Part shown: in pieces, positions 8,914-19,405 of the stretch
Layout: each line of letters opens with the position of its first letter
Position numbering within the stretch: the stretch's first letter is position 1
Source: Verrucomicrobiota bacterium
Lineage (GTDB): Bacteria > Verrucomicrobiota > Verrucomicrobiia > Limisphaerales > SXQI01
Reading direction: 5' to 3'
Assembly: GCA_033762115.1 (NCBI GenBank)
Contig: JANRLX010000090.1
Coordinates: forward strand, 1 to 44,762
Length of the DNA stretch: 44,762 bases
Position numbers and translations under genes: made by a program
The notes under the pieces: model-generated
Database searches by the model: none
What the model was told of the DNA's origin: nothing
Seen by the model: the letters and a program-made list of their open reading frames with translations, nothing else

Positions 8914-9558
8914 TTAATTTTCTCTTCCCGATTCTTCAAAAAATCCATGCGCCAGCGCAAACCGGGTCCAGTGTGGAATATCATTCGCACCCGTTTTTTC
9001 AGCCACCGATTTTCGGATTCCCCTTAATTGATATTCCGACATCCCCAACTGTACTGCAATTTCCCCCATTGAAAGTCCTTGCGCGATATATCGAATAAAA
9101 TCCTGCTCAATGACCGTCAGGCTGGTTTCCCCTTCCATCATCGGTATGGATCGCAAATGCTCAACCACCGCCGGGCTGAAATAACGCTTCCCGGAGCACA
9201 CGGTTTCAATGGCCTCAATGAATTCATTCGGCGCGGCATCCTTTAACAAATAACCATCTGCCCCAAGGAGATGCGCTTCACGCACATAATTCTTGTGACT
9301 GTGCACCGTGCAAATGATCACTCTGGATTGCGGGGAAAAATGCCGCAATTTCACAAGTGTCTCCAGCCCGTTCTGTTTTGGCATGCTGATATCCAGCAGC
9401 ACCACATCCGGCTTTTGCTCCCGGGCTGTTTCAAGCGCCTCCTCACTATTGGGGGCTTCCAGAATACGAAGAGTTTTAAAATCCTGCAGGCAGGAACGCA
9501 TCCCCTCCCTCACAATCTCATGGTCATCCACCAATAAAACTGTGATGACTTCACTCAT
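8914..9558 (-). CDS. NarL/FixJ-family response regulator (receiver + LuxR HTH)
   Basis: LLVDDHEIVREG, VVLLDISMP, GYLLKD, C-terminal HTH; ATG at 9558 overlaps the kinase stop (ATGA). Confidence 0.92.
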   Translation of the reverse strand: MSEVITVLLVDDHEIVREGMRSCLQDFKTLRILEAPNSEEALETAREQKPDVVLLDISMPKQNGLETLVKLRHFSPQSRVIICTVHSHKNYVREAHLLGADGYLLKDAAPNEFIEAIETVCSGKRYFSPAVVEHLRSIPMMEGETSLTVIEQDFIRYIAQGLSMGEIAVQLGMSEYQLRGIRKSVAEKTGANDIPHWTRFALAHGFFEESGREN

Positions 9559-11903
9559 GTTTCCCTGCTCATCTCCTGCCCTGATTTTCGATGCAGCGGG
9601 ACATGCACAGCAATCTCGGTTCCCTTCCCCACCGTCGACTTGATCGAACAATGACCGTCCGCGGCCTCTGAACGCTCCTGGATGTTCAACAGCCCCAGCC
9701 CTCTTCGACGTCGCTTGGGCCCCTCCTCCTGGTTGAAACCTTTTCCATCATCCTGGATGTGCAGCGTCACGTAATCATCTGCAAACGCGACAGCCAGGGA
9801 AACTGTTCTCGCTCCTGAATGCTTCTCCACATTAGTCAATGCCTCCTGCACGATCCGGTACAACGCCAACTCAATGAACGGCTCTATTCGTTGAACATTT
9901 CCCGTCGTTTCCATGCTCACTTTCATCCCCGTTCTTTCCTGGAACTCATCCTTCAAACTTTCAACAGCCGAGAGCAGCCCGAAATCATCCAGCTCACTCG
10001 GTCTGAGGTTTCGCGAAATTCGTCGAACTTCCTGCAAGGCATTCTCCAGCAATGATCGGGTTTTTGTTGATGCTGAAAGAAATTTTTCATCTGACGCAAC
10101 CTGGGTTTCCATATGTTGCAGCCGAAATTTGATTGAGGCGAGAATTTGATTCACGCTGTCGTGCAATTCCCGCGATACCCGCCTTCGCTCCCCTTCCTGC
10201 GCTTCCAGAATCCGGTGCGGCAACTCCCGCAATGCCTCCTCCGCATTTCGCCGCGCCGTGATGTCCCGGGCAAACCCGAACATCAATGGCGCTTCCTCCA
10301 GCCGCTGCACAATCGAGATCGCCTCGATATATTTGAAATCCCCATCCTTGCTTTTCACCCGGAGCACCAGCGGCCGCGCGCTGTCATCGCTCTCCACCAC
10401 CTCACGATAACGGGCCAGCGCCCTCGGTATGTCCGAAGGATGCAGCAGTTCCGTAAAATGCTTCCCTATCCATTCCGCAACACTCCATCCGGTGATTTGC
10501 TCAAAAGCCGGGTTGCCGGAAAGGATAATCCCGCCAGGAACTGACATCGTATAAACGATTTCCGGCGAGCATTCGAATAACATCCGGAAACTCTCCTCTG
10601 ATTTTCGCAACGCCTTCTCCGCGCGAATCCCATGCAGCGCATTCGCGCAATAATCTGCCAATGCCTGGAACAACCCCAGGTCCTTGTGCGTGTAAACCGG
10701 GGCTGCATACCGTTGCGCTGATAAAAAGCCGATCACCCGGTCCGCCAGGCGAACTGGCACATACATCGCCGATACTGAAATTCGCGTCGTATCTCCAAAT
10801 GGCACCAGTTCCACCTTCTTCTGGTTGCTCTTCTGATCCAGGAGTATCGCCCCTTCAGCCAACACCTTTTTCATCATCGCCGTCGGTGGAAAATGATCCT
10901 CAGGCGTTGCCACCTCACGTCGTTTTCCGTCAATCGTGTCCACAATCAACACCGGGATCACCTCATCACTGGCCCGATGGTACAGATGCAGGAACGCCGC
11001 ATCCCAGCCAAACAGCTGTTGTGCCACTGAAAGGATCGTTTGTGCCGCCTGCTTTTCATTCTCCGCCGAATGCAATAACTGTCCAAGGTGCGAGAACGCC
11101 TCCAGCTCAGTCGCGATTCGTTTTCGTTCAATGATCTCACTCTCCAGGTTTTTATTTGCCGCAGCCAGCTGGCTCGTTCGCTGACTCACCCGGTCCTCAA
11201 GTGAATAATTCAAGGCCCGAATCTCATCCTGCGCCATCCGTTGCATTGTAATATCCACCACGAAACAAACTCCTCCATCGCTGATGCCGGGCAGTTTAGC
11301 CGCCCCGATCAAAATCGGTAAACGTGTTCCATCCTTTCGAATGTATTCCTTTTCGAACGGTCGGCAGATCCCGTGGCTCTTGATTTCTTCAAGTCCCTTC
11401 TCATCCAGATGCGCATATTCCGGTGGCGTCATTTCATTCCATCGCATCAATCCGGACTTCATCTCCTCCCGCGTGTATCCCACCATTTTGAGGAACGCAT
11501 CATTCGCATCTGTGATTCCCCCTGACATATCCCAGAACAAAATCCCAACCATCCCCGATTCTATCACCCCCCTGAACCGCGCCTCACTCTGCAACAATGC
11601 CTCCTCAGCCTTGTGCCGTTCGATCAGTTGCAGATGCAACCGCTTATTCGTCTGGAGCAATTCCTCCGTCCGCGCCTCCACCCTTTTTTCCAACTCTTCC
11701 GTATTTCGCAACAACTCCGCCTGCGCCTGTTTTCTCCGTTCGATCTCCTGCTCCAGGTGCGCTGTGCGTTCCACGATCAACTGCTCCAGTTTGTTTTCCC
11801 GTTGTGCGGAATATCTCATCCGGTAGAGCAGCAGCAACACTCCCACTCCGATCCCCATCAACAGCAATCCCCCCATCAGGTCCGTTGAATAAGCAATCCT
11901 CAC
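9555..11903 (-). CDS. PAS-GAF-PAS sensor histidine kinase (HisKA_3 type)
   Basis: N-terminal TM segment; PAS motifs (ANDAFLKMVGYTREE, RKDGTRLPI); GAF; ERRRVSRELHDSVNQ H-box; QEALTNVEKHS; DDGKGF; GLGL. Confidence 0.93.
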   Translation of the reverse strand: MRIAYSTDLMGGLLLMGIGVGVLLLLYRMRYSAQRENKLEQLIVERTAHLEQEIERRKQAQAELLRNTEELEKRVEARTEELLQTNKRLHLQLIERHKAEEALLQSEARFRGVIESGMVGILFWDMSGGITDANDAFLKMVGYTREEMKSGLMRWNEMTPPEYAHLDEKGLEEIKSHGICRPFEKEYIRKDGTRLPILIGAAKLPGISDGGVCFVVDITMQRMAQDEIRALNYSLEDRVSQRTSQLAAANKNLESEIIERKRIATELEAFSHLGQLLHSAENEKQAAQTILSVAQQLFGWDAAFLHLYHRASDEVIPVLIVDTIDGKRREVATPEDHFPPTAMMKKVLAEGAILLDQKSNQKKVELVPFGDTTRISVSAMYVPVRLADRVIGFLSAQRYAAPVYTHKDLGLFQALADYCANALHGIRAEKALRKSEESFRMLFECSPEIVYTMSVPGGIILSGNPAFEQITGWSVAEWIGKHFTELLHPSDIPRALARYREVVESDDSARPLVLRVKSKDGDFKYIEAISIVQRLEEAPLMFGFARDITARRNAEEALRELPHRILEAQEGERRRVSRELHDSVNQILASIKFRLQHMETQVASDEKFLSASTKTRSLLENALQEVRRISRNLRPSELDDFGLLSAVESLKDEFQERTGMKVSMETTGNVQRIEPFIELALYRIVQEALTNVEKHSGARTVSLAVAFADDYVTLHIQDDGKGFNQEEGPKRRRRGLGLLNIQERSEAADGHCSIKSTVGKGTEIAVHVPLHRKSGQEMSRET

Positions 11904-12706
11904 AATGCCAGTCCGGGAAAAAACTCCTCTGCCGTGCGGCTGGTCGCTTCACCCACTTCATCAATCGAACAACCTTTCAGCTTCGCCACCAACTCTCCGA
12001 TTTCCCGCACATACGCAGGCTCGCACCGTTTCCCCCGGTAAGGGACTGGCGCCAGGTACGGGCAATCCGTTTCCAGCATGAACTGCCCCAGGGACGTGCT
12101 CACTATCGTATCCCGGATCGTCTGCGCATTTTTGAACGTGGCAATCCCCGTGAAACTCACCAGGGAACCAATTGCCTGCACCGCTGCCTGCGATGCCGGG
12201 TCGTTCACGAAACAATGAAACACCCCTCGTACCTTCCCCGCCGCCCCCCTCATCCGCTCCATCACATCCTCAAAAGCCTCCCTCTGGTGAATCACGCAAT
12301 TCAATCCCACCTCAACCGCCACCTCCAGTTGCTGTTCAAAAATCCGCGCCTGCTTTGCTTTGTATCGCTGGTCCTCCTCCGCTGATCCTCCACTGCCGCT
12401 GGGCAACCGGCTGTAATCCATGCCCGTTTCCCCGATTGCCACCACCCTCGGCTCTCTTGCCAACGCTCGTAATTCCGCGCGGATGTCATCAGGGGCCGCA
12501 TCCGCATAGGATGGGTGCCATCCCACCGCAGCGTAAATGTTGGAATACTTGGCAGCCAATGCCACAGCACGACGGCTGCTCTCCAGGTCCGTTCCGATGG
12601 AAATGATCTTTCGAACGCCTGCACTTTCTGCCCGTTGCAGGACAGCTTCAAAATCTACCTGGTAATCAGGATAATCCAGATGGGCATGAGTATCGTAAAG
12701 CGCCAT
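11900..12706 (-). CDS. tatD: TatD-family hydrolase/DNase
   Basis: DTHAHL, AVGWHP, AIGETGMDY, IHQR, HCF, LETDCPYLAP. Confidence 0.93.
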   Translation of the reverse strand: MALYDTHAHLDYPDYQVDFEAVLQRAESAGVRKIISIGTDLESSRRAVALAAKYSNIYAAVGWHPSYADAAPDDIRAELRALAREPRVVAIGETGMDYSRLPSGSGGSAEEDQRYKAKQARIFEQQLEVAVEVGLNCVIHQREAFEDVMERMRGAAGKVRGVFHCFVNDPASQAAVQAIGSLVSFTGIATFKNAQTIRDTIVSTSLGQFMLETDCPYLAPVPYRGKRCEPAYVREIGELVAKLKGCSIDEVGEATSRTAEEFFPGLAL

Positions 12707-12746
12707 AGAACCAGCACATCATACCCGATTATGAAAAATAAAAAAC

Positions 12747-12779
12747 AAAATCAGGACCTTGTATAAAGGCCCTGATTTT
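12747..12779 (-). terminator. intrinsic terminator downstream of the PEP-CTERM gene
   Basis: Minus strand reads AAAATCAGGGCCTT-TATAC-AAGGTCCTGATTTT, followed by a long T-rich run. Confidence 0.8.
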
Positions 12780-12798
12780 TGAAGTAGCTCCCCCCTGG

Positions 12799-13512
12799 CT
12801 ACTTTCTCTTGTTCCGAAGTCCCAGCAAACTGATCCCGCACAAAGCCAGCGCACCAAGATATGTGGAAGGCTCCGGCACCGGTTGCGAAATAATCAAATC
12901 CTGCGAATCGCTTTGTGGATCGGCCCGCAGGATAAACCCGGGATGGGCTTCATAGAAGCCCTGCACAAACGTCGGCCCTGCCACCTCCAGCTGATGGATG
13001 TAACTCTCATAGATTTCAATGATGTCCAGGCTTGGCACCGTTGCCCGGAAACGTCCATCACTCAAATCCCCGGACACTGACCCCACTCCCGAACTGTCAA
13101 AAAGCACATCCCAGATCGTTAATTGCAACGCCGCCCCTTCCTCATGGCTCGAAACCGTTTGATAATTCCGGTACCACAAATACGACGCATTCTCTATTCC
13201 TGAAACAGCCCATTCATTTTCTGGCAGCCGTCCATACTTTGCCGCCTCAAACGTAATCGTTTCGTAAACTCCCCGTGATAACCCCTCCGGACTGAGACAA
13301 AACGTCAAAAAGATCTCGCTGCTATCGACATTCTTGATTTTCAACTCCCCCACAAAAAAATTGCCCTGGTGAAATTCTCCCCCTCCAGTCGCAGGAGAAA
13401 TAATCGAAATCCCTCCATCAATTCCAAAGCCCGGTCCCACAAAATCATATTGCGTCGCAGCGGATAGTGATAATGTAAGAACCGTTGTCGCAGCTAAAAT
13501 CAGCTTTTTCAT
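12799..13512 (-). CDS. PEP-CTERM sorting-domain secreted protein
   Basis: Signal peptide MKKLILAATTVLTLSLSAA; C-terminal SQDL...VPEPSTY, hydrophobic helix, basic tail RNKRK. Confidence 0.9.
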   Translation of the reverse strand: MKKLILAATTVLTLSLSAATQYDFVGPGFGIDGGISIISPATGGGEFHQGNFFVGELKIKNVDSSEIFLTFCLSPEGLSRGVYETITFEAAKYGRLPENEWAVSGIENASYLWYRNYQTVSSHEEGAALQLTIWDVLFDSSGVGSVSGDLSDGRFRATVPSLDIIEIYESYIHQLEVAGPTFVQGFYEAHPGFILRADPQSDSQDLIISQPVPEPSTYLGALALCGISLLGLRNKRK

Positions 13513-13665
13513 GCGATTCTGAATCTACCCTTCAGAATCGTTTCACCTATCAGGGAAAACTCCTATCTGATCTCCGCTTTTGGAGGAAAATTTGCCTCAG
13601 ACCCGTCCGGTTTCCCATCCTTCTCAACCAATCAATCCCAACTGTCAGCCCGATGGTCTACGCAA

Positions 13666-14307
13666 TTATTGCTGAATGAAATAACTGAGATTCTCCAGTT
13701 CAATGGCCACATTGACATTATTGACCATCACATCGTCCGGAACATGCAGCACGATCGGCGCAAAATTCAAAATCCCTGTGATCCCTGCCCTCGTCAATGT
13801 GTTCGCCACCTCCTGCGCAGCTGCCGCGGGTACCGTCAAAATCGCCATTCGAACCCCATTCTGCCTCACAAAATGTTCCAACTCATCAATCTGGTGAATC
13901 GGTGTCCGCACCGTTTTGTCACGCCGCCGGTTCACCTCCGCATCAAACGCCGCCACGATCTCAAACCCCTCCTGCTCGAACCCCTTGTACGACAATAATG
14001 CCAGCCCCAGGTTGCCCACCCCCACCAGCACCACCGGTTGCAGGCTGTTCGTTCCCAGCAGGTCGGAAATCATTTTACTGAGCTGCTCCACATCATAACC
14101 CAGCCCGCGCGTCCCGAATTGCCCGAAATAAGTGAGATCCTTGCGAAGCTGGGTGGATTTTACACCGGCTGCCTTTGCCAATGCCTCACTCGAAACGGTT
14201 CGTATCTCGTTCGATTTCAACCGTTGAAGACACCGAAGATATACCGAGAGCCGGTAAATTGCCTTGCGGGGGATTTCTGCTTTGATCGGCTTTTTCAACT
14301 CTCTCAC
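13666..14307 (-). CDS. rex: redox-sensing transcriptional repressor Rex (start GTG 14307 or TTG 14298)
   Basis: RLSVYLR, SSEALA, LRKDLTYFGQFGTRGLGY, VGVGNLG, GILNFAP. Confidence 0.93.
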   Translation of the reverse strand: MRELKKPIKAEIPRKAIYRLSVYLRCLQRLKSNEIRTVSSEALAKAAGVKSTQLRKDLTYFGQFGTRGLGYDVEQLSKMISDLLGTNSLQPVVLVGVGNLGLALLSYKGFEQEGFEIVAAFDAEVNRRRDKTVRTPIHQIDELEHFVRQNGVRMAILTVPAAAAQEVANTLTRAGITGILNFAPIVLHVPDDVMVNNVNVAIELENLSYFIQQ

Positions 14308-14348
14308 CAGCCTATGCAGTCCATTCCCTCCCCGCAAGCCGAACCACA

Positions 14349-14561
14349 TCACAACCGCCACACGATCCGCGCCTTTTCCAGATCATATGGCGACATCTCC
14401 ATCTTCACCTTGTCACCCACCGTCAACCGCACAAAACGCTTCCGCATCTTGCCGGAAATGGTCGCAAGCACCATATGCTTGTTCATCAACTCCACCCGGA
14501 ACATCGTCCCGGCCAGAACTGAAACAATCGTTCCTTCCACCTGTATATGCTCTTCGCTCAT
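14349..14561 (-). CDS. infA: translation initiation factor IF-1
   Basis: [47 protein letters not shown]. Confidence 0.95.
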   Translation of the reverse strand: MSEEHIQVEGTIVSVLAGTMFRVELMNKHMVLATISGKMRKRFVRLTVGDKVKMEMSPYDLEKARIVWRL

Positions 14562-14947
14562 AACTTCCACTCACACCCCCGCCGCCAATCGGAGGCAACT
14601 CACAACTTTCATTCAAATTTATTCTTCCCTTCCAATCATCCTGACACGCCCATTAAGCCAAATCAAACCCCCATCACGATCTTTGGAAAATCGCGACTCA
14701 CCCGTAAATGTGATTTCAGGAGAAAAACCGAAGGGTTCCTTCCGGTTAACCATCGGAAGCATCCTTCTCGCGACGATTAAACAAGCCTCTCTTTCCGGTG
14801 TCTCTAAGCCACAAATTCGCGGATGCTTCCAAATAAGCAAGGATTTTTGCCAACTTTCCCAATTCCACTCCCATCAGGGCTTCTCTCATCCAAAAAACCG
14901 GACACCCGGCACCTCAATTTCTCCTTCCCAAAATGCTATCCTGATTC

Positions 14948-15487
14948 ATGAGGTTTGCACAACAGTTACTCGCGGGAATTACAATCACACTCTCCTTCGC
15001 CACTTTTGCCAGCGATCCCCAGGAAAAACCCTCCGTCGCTCCCAACGCAGCGCCTGCGGAACAAAAACGTTTTCACCAGACCGGCACCAATCTCACCACC
15101 CAGATCGTCCCCTCCGAGGGAACCGCGCCACGATCACAAAAAGGCAGCGCCGCAAAAAAATTCATCGGTGCCACTCCCAAAGATCGTGACCTCGCCCAGC
15201 GGGTCCTGGTTGGCTTGAGCACCGGCTCCACCGGGGCCCAGGGCGGTGTGGTGGCAGATAACATGATGCTTGATATCACCGTCGCCGCCACCAATGGCAT
15301 TGTCACCCTTCATGGAAAGGTCGGAAGCGACCAGGAAAAACAAAATCTCGGCAAACTTGCCTCCGATCTCGACGGTGTCACCCAGGTCCAAAACCAGCTC
15401 CAGGTCAGCAACCAATCCGCCGTCCCTCCCATCGAACAGGGACGCACCCCCACACCGGAAGAAAACGACCCCATCGGACGCAAATAA
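14948..15487 (+). CDS. secreted BON-domain protein
   Basis: Signal peptide; ITVAATNGIVTLHGKV...GVTQVQNQL BON signature. Confidence 0.8.
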   Translation: MRFAQQLLAGITITLSFATFASDPQEKPSVAPNAAPAEQKRFHQTGTNLTTQIVPSEGTAPRSQKGSAAKKFIGATPKDRDLAQRVLVGLSTGSTGAQGGVVADNMMLDITVAATNGIVTLHGKVGSDQEKQNLGKLASDLDGVTQVQNQLQVSNQSAVPPIEQGRTPTPEENDPIGRK

Positions 15488-15538
15488 CCTCCCCAACCGA
15501 GCGCGAACGAACCTCTCCGGACCTCCCTCCTGCCCGGG

Positions 15539-16240
15539 TTATTTCACCCCGCGCAACCCGCGCTGCTCCTCTTCCCCAATCGATTTTGCCACCGTGCTCC
15601 CCTGCTCCTCCAACGTATGCACCAGCGGATCAACCCACCGCCAGATCTCCGCCTCCACCTCCTCCACCGATTTGCTCCCATCGATCTCCCGCACTCGCGG
15701 CCCCTCCGTCTCCGCAATCTCCCGGTAACCCTGCTCCACCCGCTGAAAAAAACCCCGATCTGCCGCTTCGAACCGGTCCGCCTTCCCTCCCCGCTCCGCC
15801 CGGCGCCCCTCACTCACACCCAGTGGCACCCGCAACACCAGCGTCAAATCAGGCCGCGTCCCCGCAATCGCAAAATCGATGATATCCGCAACCTCCTTCG
15901 GCTCCAGCTGCCGGCCAAAAACCTGGTACGCCACCGTCGAATCATAAAACCGATCGCACAAAATCACCGCCCCCTCCCCCCGCGCAGGCAGGATCACCTC
16001 CCGCACCAATTGCGCCCGGCTCGCATTCATCAGCAACAACTCCGTTTCCGGAAACATCCTTTCCCCTGCCGGATGATTCTTCAACAGATGCCGGATCTCC
16101 TCACCAATTGCGGTCCCCCCCGGCTCCCTCAACACAAGCACCTTGTGCCCGATTGATTTCAACCGCTCCGCCAGCCGCGCAATCTGGGTCGATTTCCCAC
16201 ACCCCTCCGTCCCCTCAAAAGTAATGAACAACCCTCTCAC
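15539..16240 (-). CDS. tmk: thymidylate kinase
   Basis: FITFEGTEGCGKSTQ P-loop, REPGGT, CDRFYDSTVAYQ, DRFE. Confidence 0.95.
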   Translation of the reverse strand: MRGLFITFEGTEGCGKSTQIARLAERLKSIGHKVLVLREPGGTAIGEEIRHLLKNHPAGERMFPETELLLMNASRAQLVREVILPARGEGAVILCDRFYDSTVAYQVFGRQLEPKEVADIIDFAIAGTRPDLTLVLRVPLGVSEGRRAERGGKADRFEAADRGFFQRVEQGYREIAETEGPRVREIDGSKSVEEVEAEIWRWVDPLVHTLEEQGSTVAKSIGEEEQRGLRGVK

Positions 16241-16358
16241 AACCCCACCTTACCAGCTTCCCGCCCCCCTGCCTAGCTCACCTCTCCTGAACTTCCCTTA
16301 TGAAGCCGAGACCGTCCCGATCTCACGCAACTTCGAGTGAAAACCTTGTTGAAGCGAA

Positions 16359-16435
16359 TGGTGCGCCCGCCGCGATTCGAACGCGGGACCCTCTGCTTAG
16401 AAGGCAGATGCTCTATCCAACTGAGCTACGGGCGC
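16359..16435 (-). tRNA. tRNA-Arg (anticodon TCT)
   Basis: GCGCCCGTAGCTCAGTTGGATAGAGCATCTGCCTTCTAAGCAGAGGGTCCCGCGTTCGAATCGCGGCGGGCGCACCA folds as a cloverleaf with encoded CCA. Confidence 0.96.
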
Positions 16436-16658
16436 AACCGCCCAAACCCTACCTGAACCCCACCCCGCAAACAAGATCACAAAATTCTTCTCCTTGGGAA
16501 TGCCAATCTTTTATCTCCGTTCGGGAATGCCCGATTAACTTCGCTGCGCATCATTTCCGCGCGCTCTGTTCAAAATTTCCCCCGCGAAAACCCCTTGTCG
16601 GAATGCTCAGGCCCGGTAAACTACACCCCTAAATTTTTAACATTGAAAGGTTCAAACC

Positions 16659-17294
16659 ATGGCACTGCGATTAGGTGACGAAGCCCCAAATTTCACCGCG
16701 GAAACCACCGAGGGCACTTTTGATTTCCATCAATGGCTCGGCAACGGCTGGGGCATTCTTTTCTCACATCCAAAAGATTACACCCCTGTCTGCACCACCG
16801 AACTCGGCGCGGTCGCCAAAATGAAGGCCCAGTTCGACAAGCGAAACGTCAAGGTCATCGCCATCAGCGTCGATCCATTGCACGACCACAAAGGCTGGGT
16901 CAACGACATCAATGAAACCCAGAACACCACGATGAATTTCCCCATCATCGCTGACCCGAACCGCACCATCGCCAAACTGTACGACATGATCCATCCCAAT
17001 GCCGACGACACCTTCACCGTCCGCTCCGTTTTTGTCATCGGCCCCGATAAAAAGATCAAACTCACCCTCACCTATCCAGCTTCCACAGGGCGCAATTTTC
17101 CCGAACTCCTTCGCGTCATTGATTCACTCCAGCTCGCCGCAAAACATAAAGTTGCCACACCGGCAAACTGGGAACAGGGGCAGGACTGCATCATCTCCCC
17201 CGCGGTGAAGGATGAAGAAATTCCCGCACTTTTCCCGAAAGGCTCCCGAAAAATTAAGCCTTATCTCCGTTACACACCGCAGCCAAACGTGTAA
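16659..17294 (+). CDS. 1-Cys peroxiredoxin (Prx6 subfamily)
   Basis: FSHPKDYTPVCTTE, YPASTGRNFPELLRVIDSLQL, ATPANW; SD-like GAAAGG upstream. Confidence 0.95.
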   Translation: MALRLGDEAPNFTAETTEGTFDFHQWLGNGWGILFSHPKDYTPVCTTELGAVAKMKAQFDKRNVKVIAISVDPLHDHKGWVNDINETQNTTMNFPIIADPNRTIAKLYDMIHPNADDTFTVRSVFVIGPDKKIKLTLTYPASTGRNFPELLRVIDSLQLAAKHKVATPANWEQGQDCIISPAVKDEEIPALFPKGSRKIKPYLRYTPQPNV

Positions 17295-17303
17295 ACAGGG
17301 GCG

Positions 17304-19355
17304 ATGCAACCATCGCACTTGCAATTTATTTTTCGTCGGGTGGTCCGCTTGCTTCGGCCCACCCTTTTTCTTTGCGCCCTCTTTTCCCTTCCGGTCAGCC
17401 CCTTTTCCGCTGAATTGCTGATTGATTCCAAATTCCATCACCTGGGCGATTCCACCATCAACGACTGGACCGACACCACCGCCCAGCCTGAAGGCACCCA
17501 GCTGGAAATCACCTTCCAAAGCTCCGCTTTTCCTGGTGAAACCACCCTCCGCTTCAGCCAGAAAGATGTTCATGACGCCGGTTGGCACATCCAGATCAAC
17601 GGGACCGAAATCACCCATCTCGTTCCGCACGAACCCAGAAAAACCGTCCATGTCGCAATCCCCCCCAACACCATCAAGGCAGGCGCAAATACCCTTCGCG
17701 TCACTCCATCCGAGTTGAAGGATGACATCGCCATCGGAGAATTTCGCCTCTTCGATAAACCGCTCGCCGAACACCTCAACCTCGTCACCGTCACTGTTGA
17801 AGTCGCCGATGCCGTCGATACCTCCCCCCTCCCTGCTCGCATCACTCTTGCCGACCTTCAGAACAAACATGTCGAACTTTATAATGTATCAGGCGGCCCG
17901 GTCGCCTTGCGCGCCGGCACCATCTATTCCCGTGGCGAACCGATCCAGTTCTCACTCCCTGCCGGTGAATACCTCCTTTATGCCACACGCGGTTTTGAGT
18001 GGAGCCGCACCCGCGAACGAATCACCCTTCGCCCCGGCGAACCGCTCATCCGTCAACTCAAACTCCGCCGTGAAGTCCTCACCCCTGGATTCATCTCCTG
18101 CGACACTCACATCCACACCTACACCTACAGTGGACATGGCGATTCCACCATGGACGAACGCGTCCTGTCCATCGCCGGAGAAGGCATCGAACTGGCCGTT
18201 GCCACCGATCACAATCACCACACCGATTACCATTCCCACCAGGAAAAACATTCGCTCCAGAAATTTTTCACCCCTGTCGTGGGAAATGAAGTCACCACTG
18301 ACAACGGTCATTTCAATGCCTTTCCACTGGCTGGCAATACCCCCATTCCAAATTACAAGGAAACCAACTGGGTCCGCCTCATGGACGATATCCGCAGCAA
18401 AGGCGCTAAAGTCATCATCCTCAACCATCCTCGCTGGCCCGAGCTGGGGACCGGTCCCCTCGGTGTGTTCGGGATGAACCGCGGTTCCGGCGAACGCTCC
18501 GCCGGTCCTGAACGTTTTGGCTTTGATGGCATGGAACTCGCCAACTCCACCTCACTCCTTTCCGACCCGCTCTACCTTTTTCATGATTGGTTCGCCCTCC
18601 TGAACTACGGCGAAAAAATCACCGCTGTCGGCTCCTCCGACAGCCACACCGTGGGCGATCCGGTCGGCCAGGGCCGCACCTATATCCGCAGCAAAACCGA
18701 TGATCCTGCCAAACTGGACATTGATGAACTTTGCGAAGCCTTTGCCAAAGGTCAAACCACCGTCAGCATGGGCATTCTTGCTGAAGCCATTGTCAACCAA
18801 CGTTACAGCATGGGCGATACTCTCCCGGTGAACGATCAAAAAATTGATCTGGCCCTCCGCGTTGCCGCCCCCGGTTGGGTGCTTCCACGCCGCGCCCTCG
18901 TTTTTCTCAACGGCACCCTCGTCGCCGAACGCGAAGTGCCCGCCACAGTCGGGATTGCCACGGATGCCACGCTCCTTTTCAAGCTCGCCCCGCCAAAACA
19001 TGATTCCTACCTCGTTTGCGTTGTCCTCGGCGAGGGCGTCAAGGAAGCCTCCTGGACCACTTACATGGATTACACCCTTGCCGCCACCAATCCCATCTAC
19101 CTGGATGCTGACCGCAACGGCTCCTTCTCCTCCCCGCGCGATTCCGCTCGCAAGCTCTGGGACGCTTCCGACAAATCCATCGCCACGCTTGAAAAACTTG
19201 TGCGCCAGTCGGACAACGGCATTGCCGTCCAGCTCCTTGCTTTAAGCCGCTCCTCATTTTCTGACAGCCAGTCCCAGGCATTTGATGGTCTCGTCTCGCA
19301 ACTCGCGAAGACCAATCAGGCCATTCAGCTTTATCAGGCCCCTCCTCCCAGGTAA
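17304..19355 (+). CDS. secreted PHP-domain metallohydrolase (CehA/McbA-like)
   Basis: Signal peptide; CDTHIHT, ATDHN, GNEVT, GHFN, NHP, GSSDSH motifs. Confidence 0.8.
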   Translation: MQPSHLQFIFRRVVRLLRPTLFLCALFSLPVSPFSAELLIDSKFHHLGDSTINDWTDTTAQPEGTQLEITFQSSAFPGETTLRFSQKDVHDAGWHIQINGTEITHLVPHEPRKTVHVAIPPNTIKAGANTLRVTPSELKDDIAIGEFRLFDKPLAEHLNLVTVTVEVADAVDTSPLPARITLADLQNKHVELYNVSGGPVALRAGTIYSRGEPIQFSLPAGEYLLYATRGFEWSRTRERITLRPGEPLIRQLKLRREVLTPGFISCDTHIHTYTYSGHGDSTMDERVLSIAGEGIELAVATDHNHHTDYHSHQEKHSLQKFFTPVVGNEVTTDNGHFNAFPLAGNTPIPNYKETNWVRLMDDIRSKGAKVIILNHPRWPELGTGPLGVFGMNRGSGERSAGPERFGFDGMELANSTSLLSDPLYLFHDWFALLNYGEKITAVGSSDSHTVGDPVGQGRTYIRSKTDDPAKLDIDELCEAFAKGQTTVSMGILAEAIVNQRYSMGDTLPVNDQKIDLALRVAAPGWVLPRRALVFLNGTLVAEREVPATVGIATDATLLFKLAPPKHDSYLVCVVLGEGVKEASWTTYMDYTLAATNPIYLDADRNGSFSSPRDSARKLWDASDKSIATLEKLVRQSDNGIAVQLLALSRSSFSDSQSQAFDGLVSQLAKTNQAIQLYQAPPPR

Positions 19356-19405
19356 GCTGGTTTTTCCTTTTACGACCTCAACCACTCACTATTAAACTCA
19401 GTTCC

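Noticed and set aside
14038..15189. 383-aa plus-strand ORF
   Set aside because: Antisense to rex and infA and out of frame with the BON gene; a shadow ORF.
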